From Pyrinomonadaceae bacterium (GTDB taxonomy: Bacteria > Acidobacteriota > Blastocatellia > Pyrinomonadales > Pyrinomonadaceae), in assembly GCA_035438525.1 (NCBI GenBank), contig DAORIL010000001.1:1-57852 (forward strand): a stretch of DNA of 57,852 nt. The letters are read 5' to 3'. The number at the start of each line of letters is the position of its first letter. Positions within the stretch are counted from its first letter, which is position 1. This document shows, piece by piece, positions 9,800-19,068 of this stretch. A program made the translations under genes and the position numbers. The notes under the pieces were generated by a model. The model did no database searches. It was not told the DNA's origin and saw only the letters and a program-made list of their open reading frames with translations.

Positions 9800-11302
9800 A
9801 TGCTTGAAATCAGCCCCAAAAACTTTGAAGAATTTGTTGCCGAGATGAAAAACGGCAATGTTGTGCCAATCGTGCGAAGCGTTTTGGCGGATTTGCACAC
9901 GCCTGTCAGTGCTTTTATGCGTGTCTGCGGTGATGCTGAACAATCTTTTTTGCTGGAATCAGTCGAAGGCGGTGAACGCTTGGCGCGGTATTCTTTTCTG
10001 GCGGCAAATCCTTTGATGACGGTTCGGGTTCATAACCGCGACCTTTCCATCGAAAAAAACGGTGCCGCTAAAGCCTTAAAAGATGTTAGTTTATTTGAGT
10101 TTTTTCGCGAACATTTTGATCAAAATAAACTGGCGCATCGGGAAGGATTGCCACCGCTCTGCGGCGGCGCGGTGGGTTTTTTGACCTATGACGCAGTGCG
10201 TTGGTTTGAACCGATTTTGGATGACAATAAATATTATGATCGGGATGATGCAGTCTGGATGTTTTTCAAAACGATTTTGGCCTTTGATCGGCTTAAACAG
10301 CGGATCGAAATCGTTTCTGTAGTTTTTACCGACGAAGCTAAGGACGACGAAGCAAAACTCAAAGAACTTTATCATGAAGCAGTTGCAGAAACCGAGCGGA
10401 TCGAACTTTTATTAGCTGAAACAGCCAGATTTCCGGTTAGTAATAAAAATGGGAATGCCGAGAAATCGAAAGGATTTGAATCGAATTGGACGAAAAAAGG
10501 CTTTATGGAAAGCGTCGAAAAGATTCAGGAGCATATCTTGGCAGGCGATGCTTACCAGGTTGTTTTATCGCAACGATTCAGCCGTAAAATTTCGTCGGAA
10601 CCAATCAATATTTATCGCGCTCTGCGGACCACAAATCCTTCGCCGTATATGTTTTATCTAAAATTCGGCAAAGAACTTTTAATCGGCGCATCGCCTGAGA
10701 TGCTTGTTCGCTGTCGTGGAAAAAAACTTGACTATCGTCCGATTGCCGGAACTCGTCCGCGCGGCATCAATGAAACGGAAGATTGGATTTTGGGTGAAGA
10801 TATGCGCTCGGATGAAAAAGAAATTTCCGAACACGTAATGTTGGTTGATTTGGGGCGGAACGATTTGGGGCGGATTGCCGAATATGGTTCGGTTGAGGTC
10901 GAAGATTTGATGACGATTGAGCGTTACAGTCACGTTCAGCATTTGGTGACGAGTTTGTCAGCTACCCTGCGCGAAGGTTTTGACCGATTTGATTCTTTGG
11001 CTTCGTGTTTTCCTGCAGGAACAGTTTCCGGTGCGCCAAAAGTCAGCGCAATGCACATTATCAAGGAACTTGAACCGACTCCGCGCGGCGTCTATGCAGG
11101 TGCAGTCGGCTACATTGATTACGATGATAATTTAGATACCTGCATTGCTATTCGGACGCTTCAAATGAGGGATGGAGTAGCTTATATCCAAGCGGGTGCA
11201 GGCATTGTTGCTGATTCAGTTCCTGAAAAAGAATACGAAGAAACGATCAATAAAGCTCGGGCGCTGGTCAAAGCAATTGAGATTGCGGAAAAAGGTTTGT
11301 AG
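9800..11302 (+). CDS. trpE: Anthranilate synthase component I
   Basis: 500-aa ORF with chorismate-binding family motifs: LSQRFS, PSPYMFYL, GTRPRG, LVDLGRNDLGR, GAPKVSAM, YAGAVGY. Confidence 0.92.
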   Translation: MLEISPKNFEEFVAEMKNGNVVPIVRSVLADLHTPVSAFMRVCGDAEQSFLLESVEGGERLARYSFLAANPLMTVRVHNRDLSIEKNGAAKALKDVSLFEFFREHFDQNKLAHREGLPPLCGGAVGFLTYDAVRWFEPILDDNKYYDRDDAVWMFFKTILAFDRLKQRIEIVSVVFTDEAKDDEAKLKELYHEAVAETERIELLLAETARFPVSNKNGNAEKSKGFESNWTKKGFMESVEKIQEHILAGDAYQVVLSQRFSRKISSEPINIYRALRTTNPSPYMFYLKFGKELLIGASPEMLVRCRGKKLDYRPIAGTRPRGINETEDWILGEDMRSDEKEISEHVMLVDLGRNDLGRIAEYGSVEVEDLMTIERYSHVQHLVTSLSATLREGFDRFDSLASCFPAGTVSGAPKVSAMHIIKELEPTPRGVYAGAVGYIDYDDNLDTCIAIRTLQMRDGVAYIQAGAGIVADSVPEKEYEETINKARALVKAIEIAEKGL

Positions 11303-11386
11303 AGAAGTTTGGAAAGTTGAAGGAGTTTAGAAAGTTTAGGAAGTTTAAGATTTTCTTCCTAAACTTCCGTGACTTACTCAACTTTC
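11303..11386. repeat. Heptamer-built inverted repeat (GTTTAGGAAGT family) after trpE
   Basis: The left arm GAAAGTTGAAGGAGTTTAGAAAGTTTAGGAAG matches the reverse complement of the right arm, GAAAGTTGAGTAAGTCACGGAAGTTTAGGAAG. Confidence 0.8.
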
Positions 11387-11410
11387 ATTCTCGACTTGAA
11401 ACTTCTAATT

Positions 11411-11962
11411 ATGTTCAAAAAAAAATGGAACAAAAAGCCTCGCACTGAATCTGACGAAGAAACTCCACGTGAAATAAATCCCGAAAAGGCTCGGCAAAAA
11501 ACTTTTGACCGGGCCGTTAATCTTCTCACTTATAAAGCACGTTCCATCAAAGAATTGCGCGAAAGATTATTGGAAAAAGACTGGACAAATGAACAAATTG
11601 TTGACGAAGTAATCGAAAAATTAAAATTCTATGGTTATTTGAATGACGAAGTTTTTGCCAAGAGTTTGGCATCCTCGCAACTTCGTCAAAAGCCAATCGG
11701 TAAACGGCTTTTGCAGCAAAAACTTTCACAGAAAAAACTTGATAAGGAAACAGTCGAAAATGCTTTGGAAAAGGCATTTGAAGAAATTCCCGAAGACGAA
11801 TTGATTGACCGCGCCATTGCTAAACGATTGCGTCTGAAAGGGAAACCCGCTACCCGCGAAGATGCCAAGAAATTTTACGATTATTTGTTACGCCAAGGTT
11901 TTTCTTATGATTTAGTGAGCCAAAAGATGCGTGAGATTTCAAAAATGGATGATGAATTTTGA
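11411..11962 (+). CDS. recX: Recombination regulator RecX
   Basis: Three-helix-repeat pattern (KTFDRAVNLLTYKARSIKELRERLLEK...VIEKLKFYGYLNDEVFAKS...DYLLRQGFSYD). I prefer the ATG at 11411 because the track start at 11369 is a GTG inside the hairpin repeat. Confidence 0.8.
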   Translation: MFKKKWNKKPRTESDEETPREINPEKARQKTFDRAVNLLTYKARSIKELRERLLEKDWTNEQIVDEVIEKLKFYGYLNDEVFAKSLASSQLRQKPIGKRLLQQKLSQKKLDKETVENALEKAFEEIPEDELIDRAIAKRLRLKGKPATREDAKKFYDYLLRQGFSYDLVSQKMREISKMDDEF

Positions 11963-12022
11963 TCAGACTTATAGATTTGCAAATCAGCAAGTTTATATTA
12001 TGCTAATCGTGTCTCAATACTT

Positions 12023-12736
12023 ATGAAACAATGTTCGGTTTGTAAAACTACATATTCAGACGATACGCTAAGTTTTTGTTTGGTTGATGGCGCAAATCTG
12101 ATTCCTTTTGACAACGAAGTTCCGACGCTTTCTTTTACGGCTGAAAAGAATCCGATCCGGGTAAATATTGCACAGGATACGGCTCCAACCATTGTTGCTC
12201 CGCCAACTTATCAAAATCAAACGCCACCCAAAAAAGGCGGAAGCGGTTTGATAATTGGACTATTAGTTGCACTTTTACTTTTGGTTTTATTAGGAAGCGG
12301 CGCAGTAATCGCCTGGCTTTTGCTCAAAGACAGCGGTAAACCGGAAATCGTTTCTAATAAGACTCCAAATCAATCTCCAAATATTTCAACAAATTCGACT
12401 CCTGACGAGGCTGGAAAGTTAAAAGACAAAATTGCCAATCTCGAAAAACAAGTCCAGCAGCAAAAAAATGCGAGAGATTCCGTTCCAACCGTTTCAAATA
12501 CAACTCCGCAATCAACTAAAGTAACCGCCCGTGTTAATTCGCCAAATGATGGCTTTTTAGCTTTACGAACCGCTCCGAGTGCCGATGTCGGCGAAAGAAT
12601 TTTGCAAATTCCGCACGGTGCAACAGTGACGGTTCTAGCTTGTCAAAATGCTGCTCCCAGCAAAAAAGGGCGTTGGTGTCGGGTGGATTACAACGGAAAT
12701 TTAGGATGGGCTTTTGATGGATTTTTGATTTACTAA
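12023..12736 (+). CDS. Membrane protein with N-terminal zinc-ribbon (CSVC...C), one TM segment and a C-terminal SH3b-like domain
   Basis: MKQCSVCKTTYSDDTLSFCLVDG at the N-terminus, TM segment GLIIGLLVALLLLVLLGSGAVIAWLLL, and C-terminus GFLALRTAPSADVGERILQIPHGATVTVL...GRWCRVDYNGNLGWAFDGFL. Confidence 0.6.
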   Translation: MKQCSVCKTTYSDDTLSFCLVDGANLIPFDNEVPTLSFTAEKNPIRVNIAQDTAPTIVAPPTYQNQTPPKKGGSGLIIGLLVALLLLVLLGSGAVIAWLLLKDSGKPEIVSNKTPNQSPNISTNSTPDEAGKLKDKIANLEKQVQQQKNARDSVPTVSNTTPQSTKVTARVNSPNDGFLALRTAPSADVGERILQIPHGATVTVLACQNAAPSKKGRWCRVDYNGNLGWAFDGFLIY

Positions 12737-12748
12737 TATTTTCCTTCG

Positions 12749-13690
12749 TTATTGTTCAGTGACATGATTTATTATCGGCACTTTTGCAGCTTCTTGGGTA
12801 ATTTTTACTGCCTTTGGTAATTTCCCTTTTGGCACAGTTCCGCTGATTGTAAGCCTCTGATTTGCTATTTCAATCTGAACATTCTTAAAACCTTTTTGTC
12901 TTAATGCTTTAGTAACTTTGGCTACTAATTTCTCATCAACCATTACAGTTTCGGCGGGAGTGTCATTTATCGAAGGTCGAAGAATCTTTGGTATCGCAAA
13001 GGTTTTGATAGTTTTAATGAAAATAATAATACTTCCGTCCGTGTCTTTTCGATGAACTTTGAGAGCGAAAATTCCATCACCTTGCTCATAACTAATCACC
13101 CGCAAAAGATAAGTTTCTCCAATTTTTACAGGAATGTTTTGGCGAAAAATTATTCCGTTCGCGGAGAATTCATTTTTTATATCGCTTATTTTGCTAGGTG
13201 GCTGATAGTTAGTAAGGGCGATGAACTCCTCATTTTTTTCATTAATTTTTTCAATTGGCAGTTTTCCGATGTCAGTAATTAATCCGTGATTTTCTTTAAC
13301 CGTAAAGTTTCGTTGCATAATAAACGACTTATTTTTGTATTTAAGTAGCGGCGCAAAATAATAATTTGAAATTTCGGTAAAGGGATAAATTGATGCTCCA
13401 AAACTATCTGAGTTATCTAACAACCTATCAATCATTCTATTAGAAAAAAGTCTAACTGCTTTTGCTCCAATTCTTTTGGATTCTGCACTATCTTCAACAC
13501 TTACAAAAATAATTTCTTCCATAAGTTGTTGCCATCGGTCTTGCAGTTTTTGAGACGAATATTTAGATTGTTTGAGTTGATAAGTAACTTTTTCCCATTC
13601 TTTAATTTTCTTTAGTCTGGATGTGTTTTGGCTATGAGCGAAAGTAGTTAAAAGAAGGATTAGCAAAAATATTTTGAGAAGAATTTTCAT
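12749..13690 (-). CDS. Secreted hypothetical protein with C-terminal BON domain
   Basis: Start at 13690 (ATG after GGAGG) gives the signal peptide MKILLKIFLLILLLTTFAHS. The C-terminal 45 aa (FKNVQIEIANQRLTISGTVPKGKLPKAVKITQEAAKVPIINHVTEQ) are paralogous to the end of the 14212-14685 ORF. Confidence 0.6.
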   Translation of the reverse strand: MKILLKIFLLILLLTTFAHSQNTSRLKKIKEWEKVTYQLKQSKYSSQKLQDRWQQLMEEIIFVSVEDSAESKRIGAKAVRLFSNRMIDRLLDNSDSFGASIYPFTEISNYYFAPLLKYKNKSFIMQRNFTVKENHGLITDIGKLPIEKINEKNEEFIALTNYQPPSKISDIKNEFSANGIIFRQNIPVKIGETYLLRVISYEQGDGIFALKVHRKDTDGSIIIFIKTIKTFAIPKILRPSINDTPAETVMVDEKLVAKVTKALRQKGFKNVQIEIANQRLTISGTVPKGKLPKAVKITQEAAKVPIINHVTEQ

Positions 13691-13811
13691 GAAACCTCCG
13701 ATGGAAAAAATATCAGCATAAATGTAACAGATTTCAAATATTTGCAAAACAAAAAAGCCCGTCAGCATTCAACTGACAGACCTTTCTGTTTATTCAATTA
13801 AATCGAAAAAA

Positions 13812-14183
13812 CTACTCAGCAGGAATAGTTAATTCTTGTCCCGGGAAAATTCTGTCGGGATCATCTAATTTGTCGCGGTTTGCTTCAAAAATCGCATTCC
13901 AGCTAACACCGTATTTTTTACCGATTTTGCTCAGATTATCGCCTGATTGAACGGTATAGGTATTTGAAGCGGCTTCCGGGGCTGAAATATTCAGAACTAG
14001 ATCACCTGAACGATAGTCAGGGTCAATTTCATTGTATTTGTCCCACAGCGCTTTTTTAGAATCTGCACTATCTGCTGCACCTTCAATTGTCAAAAAGCCT
14101 TCGCCTTCTGAAACATTGAGTCCTGAAACTCCAAGACTGGTGGCTAAATCTACAAGTGATTGATATTTTTCTACCAATGACAT
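13812..14183 (-). CDS. BON + LysM protein (Kbp/YgaU-like)
   Basis: The C-terminus YTVQSGDNLSKIGKKYGVSWNAIFEANRDKLDDPDRIFPGQELTIP is a LysM domain with the Kbp-type ending. A BON-like N-terminal half precedes it. Confidence 0.75.
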   Translation of the reverse strand: MSLVEKYQSLVDLATSLGVSGLNVSEGEGFLTIEGAADSADSKKALWDKYNEIDPDYRSGDLVLNISAPEAASNTYTVQSGDNLSKIGKKYGVSWNAIFEANRDKLDDPDRIFPGQELTIPAE

Positions 14184-14211
14184 TTTTTTTACTCCTTATA
14201 TTTACCCAAAA

Positions 14212-14685
14212 CTACTTTTCAGTAACTTCGTTTTTAACCGGTTTTCCGGCAGCTTCTTGTGCAACTTTAACCGCTTCGGCTAATTTACCTTTAGGAACTG
14301 TTCCTCGAATGGTAGCCGGAGTGGTGGTTGTGTCAACCGTTACATCTTTAAATCCTTTAGCCTTCAGAGCATCTTCGATTTTTGTTTTATCGGCAGAGCT
14401 AGCAGCAGCAGGTGTTGGGGTTGGGGTAGGTTTAAGTTTAAGGTTATTGGTAACTGATTTGATACCATCAACTTTGGCGGCTGTTTCGGCAGCAGTTTTT
14501 GCAGCAGCATCAGCAACTTCGCCTTCCAGGGTGGCCACACCGTCTTTAACGGTTACGGTTACGCCGGGAGCTTTAGCCTTAACGGCTGTATCAGCGGCTT
14601 TTTGCAAATCTGCATCACTTTTGCCCCAGCAAGCAGACAAGGTTAATGCTGCCGCCAAACATAAAATAGTCAAAATCTTTTTCAT
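14212..14685 (-). CDS. Lipoprotein with two BON domains
   Basis: Signal peptide plus lipobox (LTLSAC). Two BON-like units are present: GVTVTVKDGVATLEGEV...AAKVDGIKSVTNNL and FKDVTVDTTTTPATIRGTVPKGKLAEAVKVAQEAAGKPVKNEV. Confidence 0.75.
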   Translation of the reverse strand: MKKILTILCLAAALTLSACWGKSDADLQKAADTAVKAKAPGVTVTVKDGVATLEGEVADAAAKTAAETAAKVDGIKSVTNNLKLKPTPTPTPAAASSADKTKIEDALKAKGFKDVTVDTTTTPATIRGTVPKGKLAEAVKVAQEAAGKPVKNEVTEK

Positions 14686-14902
14686 TCTATCCTCCAGAAA
14701 AACTATCTATCTAATTAAAGTTGAATTTCAAGCCCCGGACACACTTCACAAAGCAGAAAGCGTTAATACCTCAATGGTTTAACCCGCTTTTTGAAACTTT
14801 CGCCGAGACACTTCATTGAAAATTCTTGATGAAGTTATACGGAATTTTTTTTCTTGTCAATCCCAAAAACTACTTTTTCACCAAAATTTTTATTAAATTT
14901 TA

Positions 14903-15418
14903 TCACAAAATTTCTTCAGCAATAAAACGCGCTAAGTCAAATGACGTAAACTCCGGTTTTACAACAAGATGCCAGTCTGCTAAACAATAAACTTTTTGCC
15001 TCTCATCAAAAAGTTTTTTGACCGTTAATTTGTCTTTTGCCAAGGGGCGCACCGTTTTTGAAAAAGAGATATTTCTCCAACAATGTTCAAAATCGGATTC
15101 AAGCCAAATCGAAGTGCATTTATGATTTTTGATTAGTTCTCGATTGTTTTCGGAAATCCAGGTTCCGCCGCCTAAGGAAACTATTTGTAAATCATCTTTG
15201 GCTAAAATTTCGCGTAAACTTTCGGTTTCGACCACACGAAAATATGTTTCCCCTTTTTGTTCAATCAATTCGGCAATGGTTAATCCTTCTTTTTCCTCGA
15301 CATAATCATCCAGATCAACCTTTTCAGTTCGCAAAATGTGAGACAGACATTTAGCGACAGTTGATTTGCCAACTCCCATAAAACCTGTCAAAACTATGCG
15401 ATTTTTGCCGTTATTCAT
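14903..15418 (-). CDS. aroK: Shikimate kinase
   Basis: The P-loop is GFMGVGKST. Size is about 171 aa from the ATG at 15418. The upstream GTG at 15451 lies in the hairpin repeat. The gene is downstream of aroA. Confidence 0.85.
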   Translation of the reverse strand: MNNGKNRIVLTGFMGVGKSTVAKCLSHILRTEKVDLDDYVEEKEGLTIAELIEQKGETYFRVVETESLREILAKDDLQIVSLGGGTWISENNRELIKNHKCTSIWLESDFEHCWRNISFSKTVRPLAKDKLTVKKLFDERQKVYCLADWHLVVKPEFTSFDLARFIAEEIL

Positions 15419-15428
15419 TTTAAATTTT

Positions 15429-15552
15429 GCCACGGAGAACACAGAGTTCACAGAGAAATTTTGAAAGATAGAAAATTAAGAATTACTATTAAATCAACTA
15501 TTTATAACAACCCAAAGATTTTAAGTTTCTTTCTCTCTGTGTGCTTTGTGGC
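15429..15552. repeat. Inverted repeat with CACAGAG/CTTTGTG-type arms and about 67-nt loop between aroA and aroK
   Basis: The left arm GCCACGGAGAACACAGAGTTCACAGAGAAA (15429-15458) matches the reverse complement of the right arm, GCCACAAAGCACACAGAGAGAAAGAAA (15526-15552). Confidence 0.8.
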
Positions 15553-15559
15553 TAAAAAA

Positions 15560-16888
15560 TCATTTTCTAATCCTTTCCAGCGTCTCAAAAAATGCCGGAA
15601 AAGAAACGCTTGCCCATTCTGCACCGATGATTTCGGTTTCGCCTGTCGCAAAAAGTCCGGCAATTGCAAACGCCATTACAATTCGGTGATCGTGAAAAGC
15701 ATCAATAGTTGCGCCTTTTAACTTCGATTTTTCGACTCGTAAACCATCGGAGAATTCCTCTACGTTCGCGCCCATTCTCCGTAAATTTTCGACTACGGTT
15801 TTGATTCTATCAGATTCTTTGACGCGAAGTTCTTCGGCTTCACGAATTTCCAGACCATTCTCCAATTGTGTTCCAAAAACCGCTAAAATCGGAATCTCGT
15901 CAATGATGTTAGAAATTACATCGCCTTTAATGATATTTGATTCCAATTTCGGAACAAGGGTCTTGCCTCCCACAACGCGCAAATCGCCAACTTTTTCATT
16001 ACACAAAACTTTTTCGTCCAAAATCTCAATTTCTGCGCCGAGACTTTGCAAAACATCAATAATTCCGCGCCGTGACGGATTTAACCCAACATTTTTCAAA
16101 ATAATTTCCGAATTTGGCAAACATGCACCTGCGACCAAGAAAAATGCTGCCGAAGAAATATCCGAAGGCACATTTAAGTCTCTGGCAGTTAGTTCCGAAT
16201 TGCCGTCAATCGTAATTTTGTGAATATAATCGTTTTCATCTTTAATATAACGTTCTTCCAGATCCACACCTAAATATTTGAGCATCAATTCGGTATGGTT
16301 TCTCGAATTCGGCGTAGGCGTTTTTGATCTTGGATTGAGGACAGCGGTTTTTCCGTCAGCAAAAAGTCCGGCTAACAAAACACAAGATTTGACTTGTGCG
16401 CTGGCAACTTTTGAACCGTATTCAATTGCCCGCAAAGGATTTTTACCGTTAATTCGAAGCGGTGCGTGATTTTCATCGGAGATGATCTCTGCATTCATCA
16501 ATTCCAAAGGCAGAATAACTCTCTGCATCGGACGTTTTGAGAGCGATTCATCACCAACCAGAACAGAGGTAAAATTTTGCCCTGCCAAAATACCTGCCAA
16601 CATCCGCATCGTTGTGCCACTATTACCGCAATCCAAATCCTCAGTTGGCGCAGTAAATCCTGTTTTACCAACGCCTTGCACAAACACTGTATTGCCTTCG
16701 CGTCTGATTTTTACGCCAAGCTTTTCCAAACACGAAAGCGTCGAAGCACAATCCGCACTAGTCGCGAAATTTTCGATTTTAGTTTCGCCGTTAGCTAAAG
16801 CCGAAAACATTGCCGCCCGATGTGAAATTGATTTGTCGCCGGGGAGCGTAATTGTTCCGTTCAAGTAATTTGCTGATTTAACTTTCAT
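15560..16888 (-). CDS. aroA: 3-phosphoshikimate 1-carboxyvinyltransferase (EPSP synthase)
   Basis: LPGDKSISHRAAMFSALANG, GNSGTTMRMLAG, RVKESDRI and DHRIVMAFAIAG are all present; 442 aa. Confidence 0.93.
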   Translation of the reverse strand: MKVKSANYLNGTITLPGDKSISHRAAMFSALANGETKIENFATSADCASTLSCLEKLGVKIRREGNTVFVQGVGKTGFTAPTEDLDCGNSGTTMRMLAGILAGQNFTSVLVGDESLSKRPMQRVILPLELMNAEIISDENHAPLRINGKNPLRAIEYGSKVASAQVKSCVLLAGLFADGKTAVLNPRSKTPTPNSRNHTELMLKYLGVDLEERYIKDENDYIHKITIDGNSELTARDLNVPSDISSAAFFLVAGACLPNSEIILKNVGLNPSRRGIIDVLQSLGAEIEILDEKVLCNEKVGDLRVVGGKTLVPKLESNIIKGDVISNIIDEIPILAVFGTQLENGLEIREAEELRVKESDRIKTVVENLRRMGANVEEFSDGLRVEKSKLKGATIDAFHDHRIVMAFAIAGLFATGETEIIGAEWASVSFPAFFETLERIRK

Positions 16889-16979
16889 TGAGGATATTTT
16901 ACGGTAAGTTGGCTAAAGTCCCAAGTCTCAAGTCATTTTGGTTTTGAGTTTATCTTTGTGTTCTTTGTGCCTTCGCGTG

Positions 16980-18359
16980 TTATTGCTTTTCCAAAATTTT
17001 TGCTTTTAATTTTCCGTTAGCGAGCCGGATTTGCACATTTTCATCTATTTTTATTTGTTCAATATCGTGCAAAATTTCACCTTTTTCATTTTCGGTAATT
17101 GAATAACCACGTTTCAAAACCGACAATGGCGAAAGTGCATCCAGCGAAGCCATTTTGATTTTCAGTTTTTCATCACTCGAATCAATAACATCCTTAATGG
17201 CCGAGATTTGACGTTGTCTCAAGATTGCCAGTTTTGTTTGATTTTCCGAAACTTTAGCCGCTAATTTGATTGGCGAAAGACGATTTCGTAATAGTTCCAG
17301 CCGCTTTTCATCTTTTCGTAATTTATCGTCAAAATTTGATTCTAATCGGTCGTTCAAATCTTCGATTTCATAACGCCAATCTTTTATTTTCTGCGGGAAT
17401 TCATGGAAAACCGAAGCAAATGCCAATTCCTGCAATGAGTTCCGTGATTGCAAAATCTTGTAATTGATTGATTGAAAAAGGTCATTGGTGCGCTGAAAAA
17501 TAAATGCTTCAATATTTTCTTCGTTTTCAGCCACAATTTCGGCGGCGGCGGAAGGCGTAGCGGCACGAACATCAGCCACAAAATCGGCAATTGTAAAATC
17601 AATTTCGTGACCAACGGCGGAAATAACAGGAATTTTGGAATTACGAATTGCTCGGGCGACCCTTTCTTCGTTAAATGCCCATAAATCTTCTGATGAACCG
17701 CCGCCGCGCCCGACAATCAGCACATCAATCTTTTCGGATGCAGTTTCGTTAAATTTATTGGCAAGCTTGATGGCTTTTTCGATTTCTTCGCCTGCTGTTT
17801 CGCCTTGGACACGGGTTGGAATAAGCGTGATGTGAACCGTTTTTGTCCGTCGCCCTAAAACATTCAAAATATCGTGAAAAGCCGCTCCATTGGGAGAAGT
17901 TACCACCCCAACCCGTTTAGGAAAATACGGCAAACGGCGTTTTAATTCCTCATCAAATAAGCCTTCTTTGGCAAGTTTGGCCTTGATTTGCTCAAACGCC
18001 ACTTTCAATGCGCCTTCGCCAACCGGTTCGAGCGATTCAACCAAAATCTGATATTCGCCTTTTGGTTGATAAACGGAAAGTTTTCCCCGCACTCGCACCT
18101 GCAAACCATCAAAAGGCTTAAACCGAATCCGCAGATTATTGCGAATATAACAAGCCGCTTTTAATTGTGAAAAACCGTCGTGCAGAGTGAAATACCAATG
18201 CCCCGAATTTGCGGCCATAAAATTGGTGATCTCACCTTCGAGCCAGACCGATGCAAAACGCCTTTCCAGTTCGCCTTTGACCTGTTCGTTTAATTCCGAA
18301 ACAGTTAGTGGACGGCGTTCTTCTTCGTCAAATAGTGAATCTAAAAGCGATGATTTCAT
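16980..18359 (-). CDS. xseA: Exodeoxyribonuclease VII large subunit
   Basis: N-terminal OB-fold region (VWLEGEITNF...SGHWYFTLHD), GVVTSPNGAAFHDILNVLGRR, LIVGRGGGSSEDLWAFNEE, and a coiled-coil C-terminus; 459 aa. Confidence 0.9.
   Translation of the reverse strand: MKSSLLDSLFDEEERRPLTVSELNEQVKGELERRFASVWLEGEITNFMAANSGHWYFTLHDGFSQLKAACYIRNNLRIRFKPFDGLQVRVRGKLSVYQPKGEYQILVESLEPVGEGALKVAFEQIKAKLAKEGLFDEELKRRLPYFPKRVGVVTSPNGAAFHDILNVLGRRTKTVHITLIPTRVQGETAGEEIEKAIKLANKFNETASEKIDVLIVGRGGGSSEDLWAFNEERVARAIRNSKIPVISAVGHEIDFTIADFVADVRAATPSAAAEIVAENEENIEAFIFQRTNDLFQSINYKILQSRNSLQELAFASVFHEFPQKIKDWRYEIEDLNDRLESNFDDKLRKDEKRLELLRNRLSPIKLAAKVSENQTKLAILRQRQISAIKDVIDSSDEKLKIKMASLDALSPLSVLKRGYSITENEKGEILHDIEQIKIDENVQIRLANGKLKAKILEKQ
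18315..18359. repeat. Direct repeat copy A (45 bp) = first 15 codons of xseA
   Basis: GCGTTCTTCTTCGTCAAATAGTGAATCTAAAAGCGATGATTTCAT is identical, letter for letter, to 19069-19113. Confidence 0.95.
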
Positions 18360-18420
18360 TTGGGTTTTGATTATAACATTTGGTTTGAAATATCACGAAA
18401 ATAAGAATCTTTCTTAATTA

Positions 18421-18449
18421 TTGACAAAGATTAAAACTATTATCATAAT
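18421..18449 (+). promoter_or_regulatory. Sigma-70-type promoter of the parDE cassette
   Basis: TTGACA (18421-26), a 17-nt spacer, then CATAAT (18444-49). An AGGAGG RBS and the ATG at 18475 follow. Confidence 0.6.
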
Positions 18450-18474
18450 TTGCTTGGTTAGGAGGTTAAAAATT

Positions 18475-18735
18475 ATGGCAACAATGACAATTTCTTTACC
18501 TGAACCGATGCGCGAATTTGTAGAAGCAGAAGTTTCTAGCGGAAATTATGGCTCGGCAAGCGAACTGTTTCGTGAACTCGTCCGTGAGCGACAAAAACGA
18601 AAAGCCCAAGAGCGTTTGGAAACTCTGCTTTTAGAAGGATTAGAAAGCGGTCAACCAATTGAAGTAACGCAAGATTATTTGGACGCAAGACGGCAAGCAT
18701 TACGCGAAAAACTCGAAAAGGGAAAAGTTGATTGA
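18475..18735 (+). CDS. parD: Type II antitoxin, ParD/CopG-like
   Basis: MATMTISLPEPMREFVEAEVSSGNYGSASELFRELVRERQ... is a ribbon-helix-helix ParD pattern. AGGAGG lies 8 nt upstream of the ATG at 18475. The gene overlaps the toxin start by 4 nt (ATGA). Confidence 0.8.
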   Translation: MATMTISLPEPMREFVEAEVSSGNYGSASELFRELVRERQKRKAQERLETLLLEGLESGQPIEVTQDYLDARRQALREKLEKGKVD

Positions 18736-19061
18736 TGAAACTTGCCTTATTTTTACTGCCTCGTGCCGAAAAAGATATTGATTCTCATTGTGAATTCTGG
18801 GCAGAAAAAAGTGTAAAAAAAGCCTTAGCATTTGATCAGGCGGTTTTTGAAACTTTTGACCGTTTATGCGAGATGCCGCTTATCGGGACAGAACGAAATT
18901 ATTCAAGTCCAAAACTTTTCGGAATTCGGATATGGTTTGTCAAAGGCTTTGAGAAATATCTCATTTTTTACCGGAGCTTTGGTAATTATCTGGAAATTGT
19001 GCGGGTTTTGCATTCCGCCCAAGATACTGATTCTATTTTGGAAGAGGAATCTATCAACTAA
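18732..19061 (+). CDS. parE: Type II toxin, ParE/RelE family
   Basis: ...LPRAEKDIDSHCEFWAEKS...FETFDRLCEMPLIGTER...KYLIFYRSFGNYLEIVRVLHSAQD is the ParE signature; 109 aa. Confidence 0.8.
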   Translation: MMKLALFLLPRAEKDIDSHCEFWAEKSVKKALAFDQAVFETFDRLCEMPLIGTERNYSSPKLFGIRIWFVKGFEKYLIFYRSFGNYLEIVRVLHSAQDTDSILEEESIN

Positions 19062-19068
19062 ATAGATC

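Noticed and set aside
11369-11410. Alternative upstream starts of recX (11369), aroK (15451), the 12749 gene (13768), the GNAT gene (53214) and the M1 peptidase gene (53114)
   Set aside because: These starts are non-ATG or fall inside hairpin repeats or the neighbouring divergent gene. Downstream ATGs with RBS or signal peptides fit the protein families better.
14156-14782. 208-aa + strand ORF, plus similar long antisense ORFs at 6767-7192, 22140-22529, 29156-29755, 32968-33516 and 33547-33933
   Set aside because: Each lies antisense inside a gene with clear family motifs and has low-complexity or compositionally biased translations without RBS support. I treat them as shadow ORFs.
18360-19068. 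Integrase, transposase or terminal inverted repeats that would explain mobility of the parDE cassette
   Set aside because: The interval contains only a promoter and the two TA genes. I could find no recombinase ORF or inverted ends by eye, so the insertion mechanism is left open.
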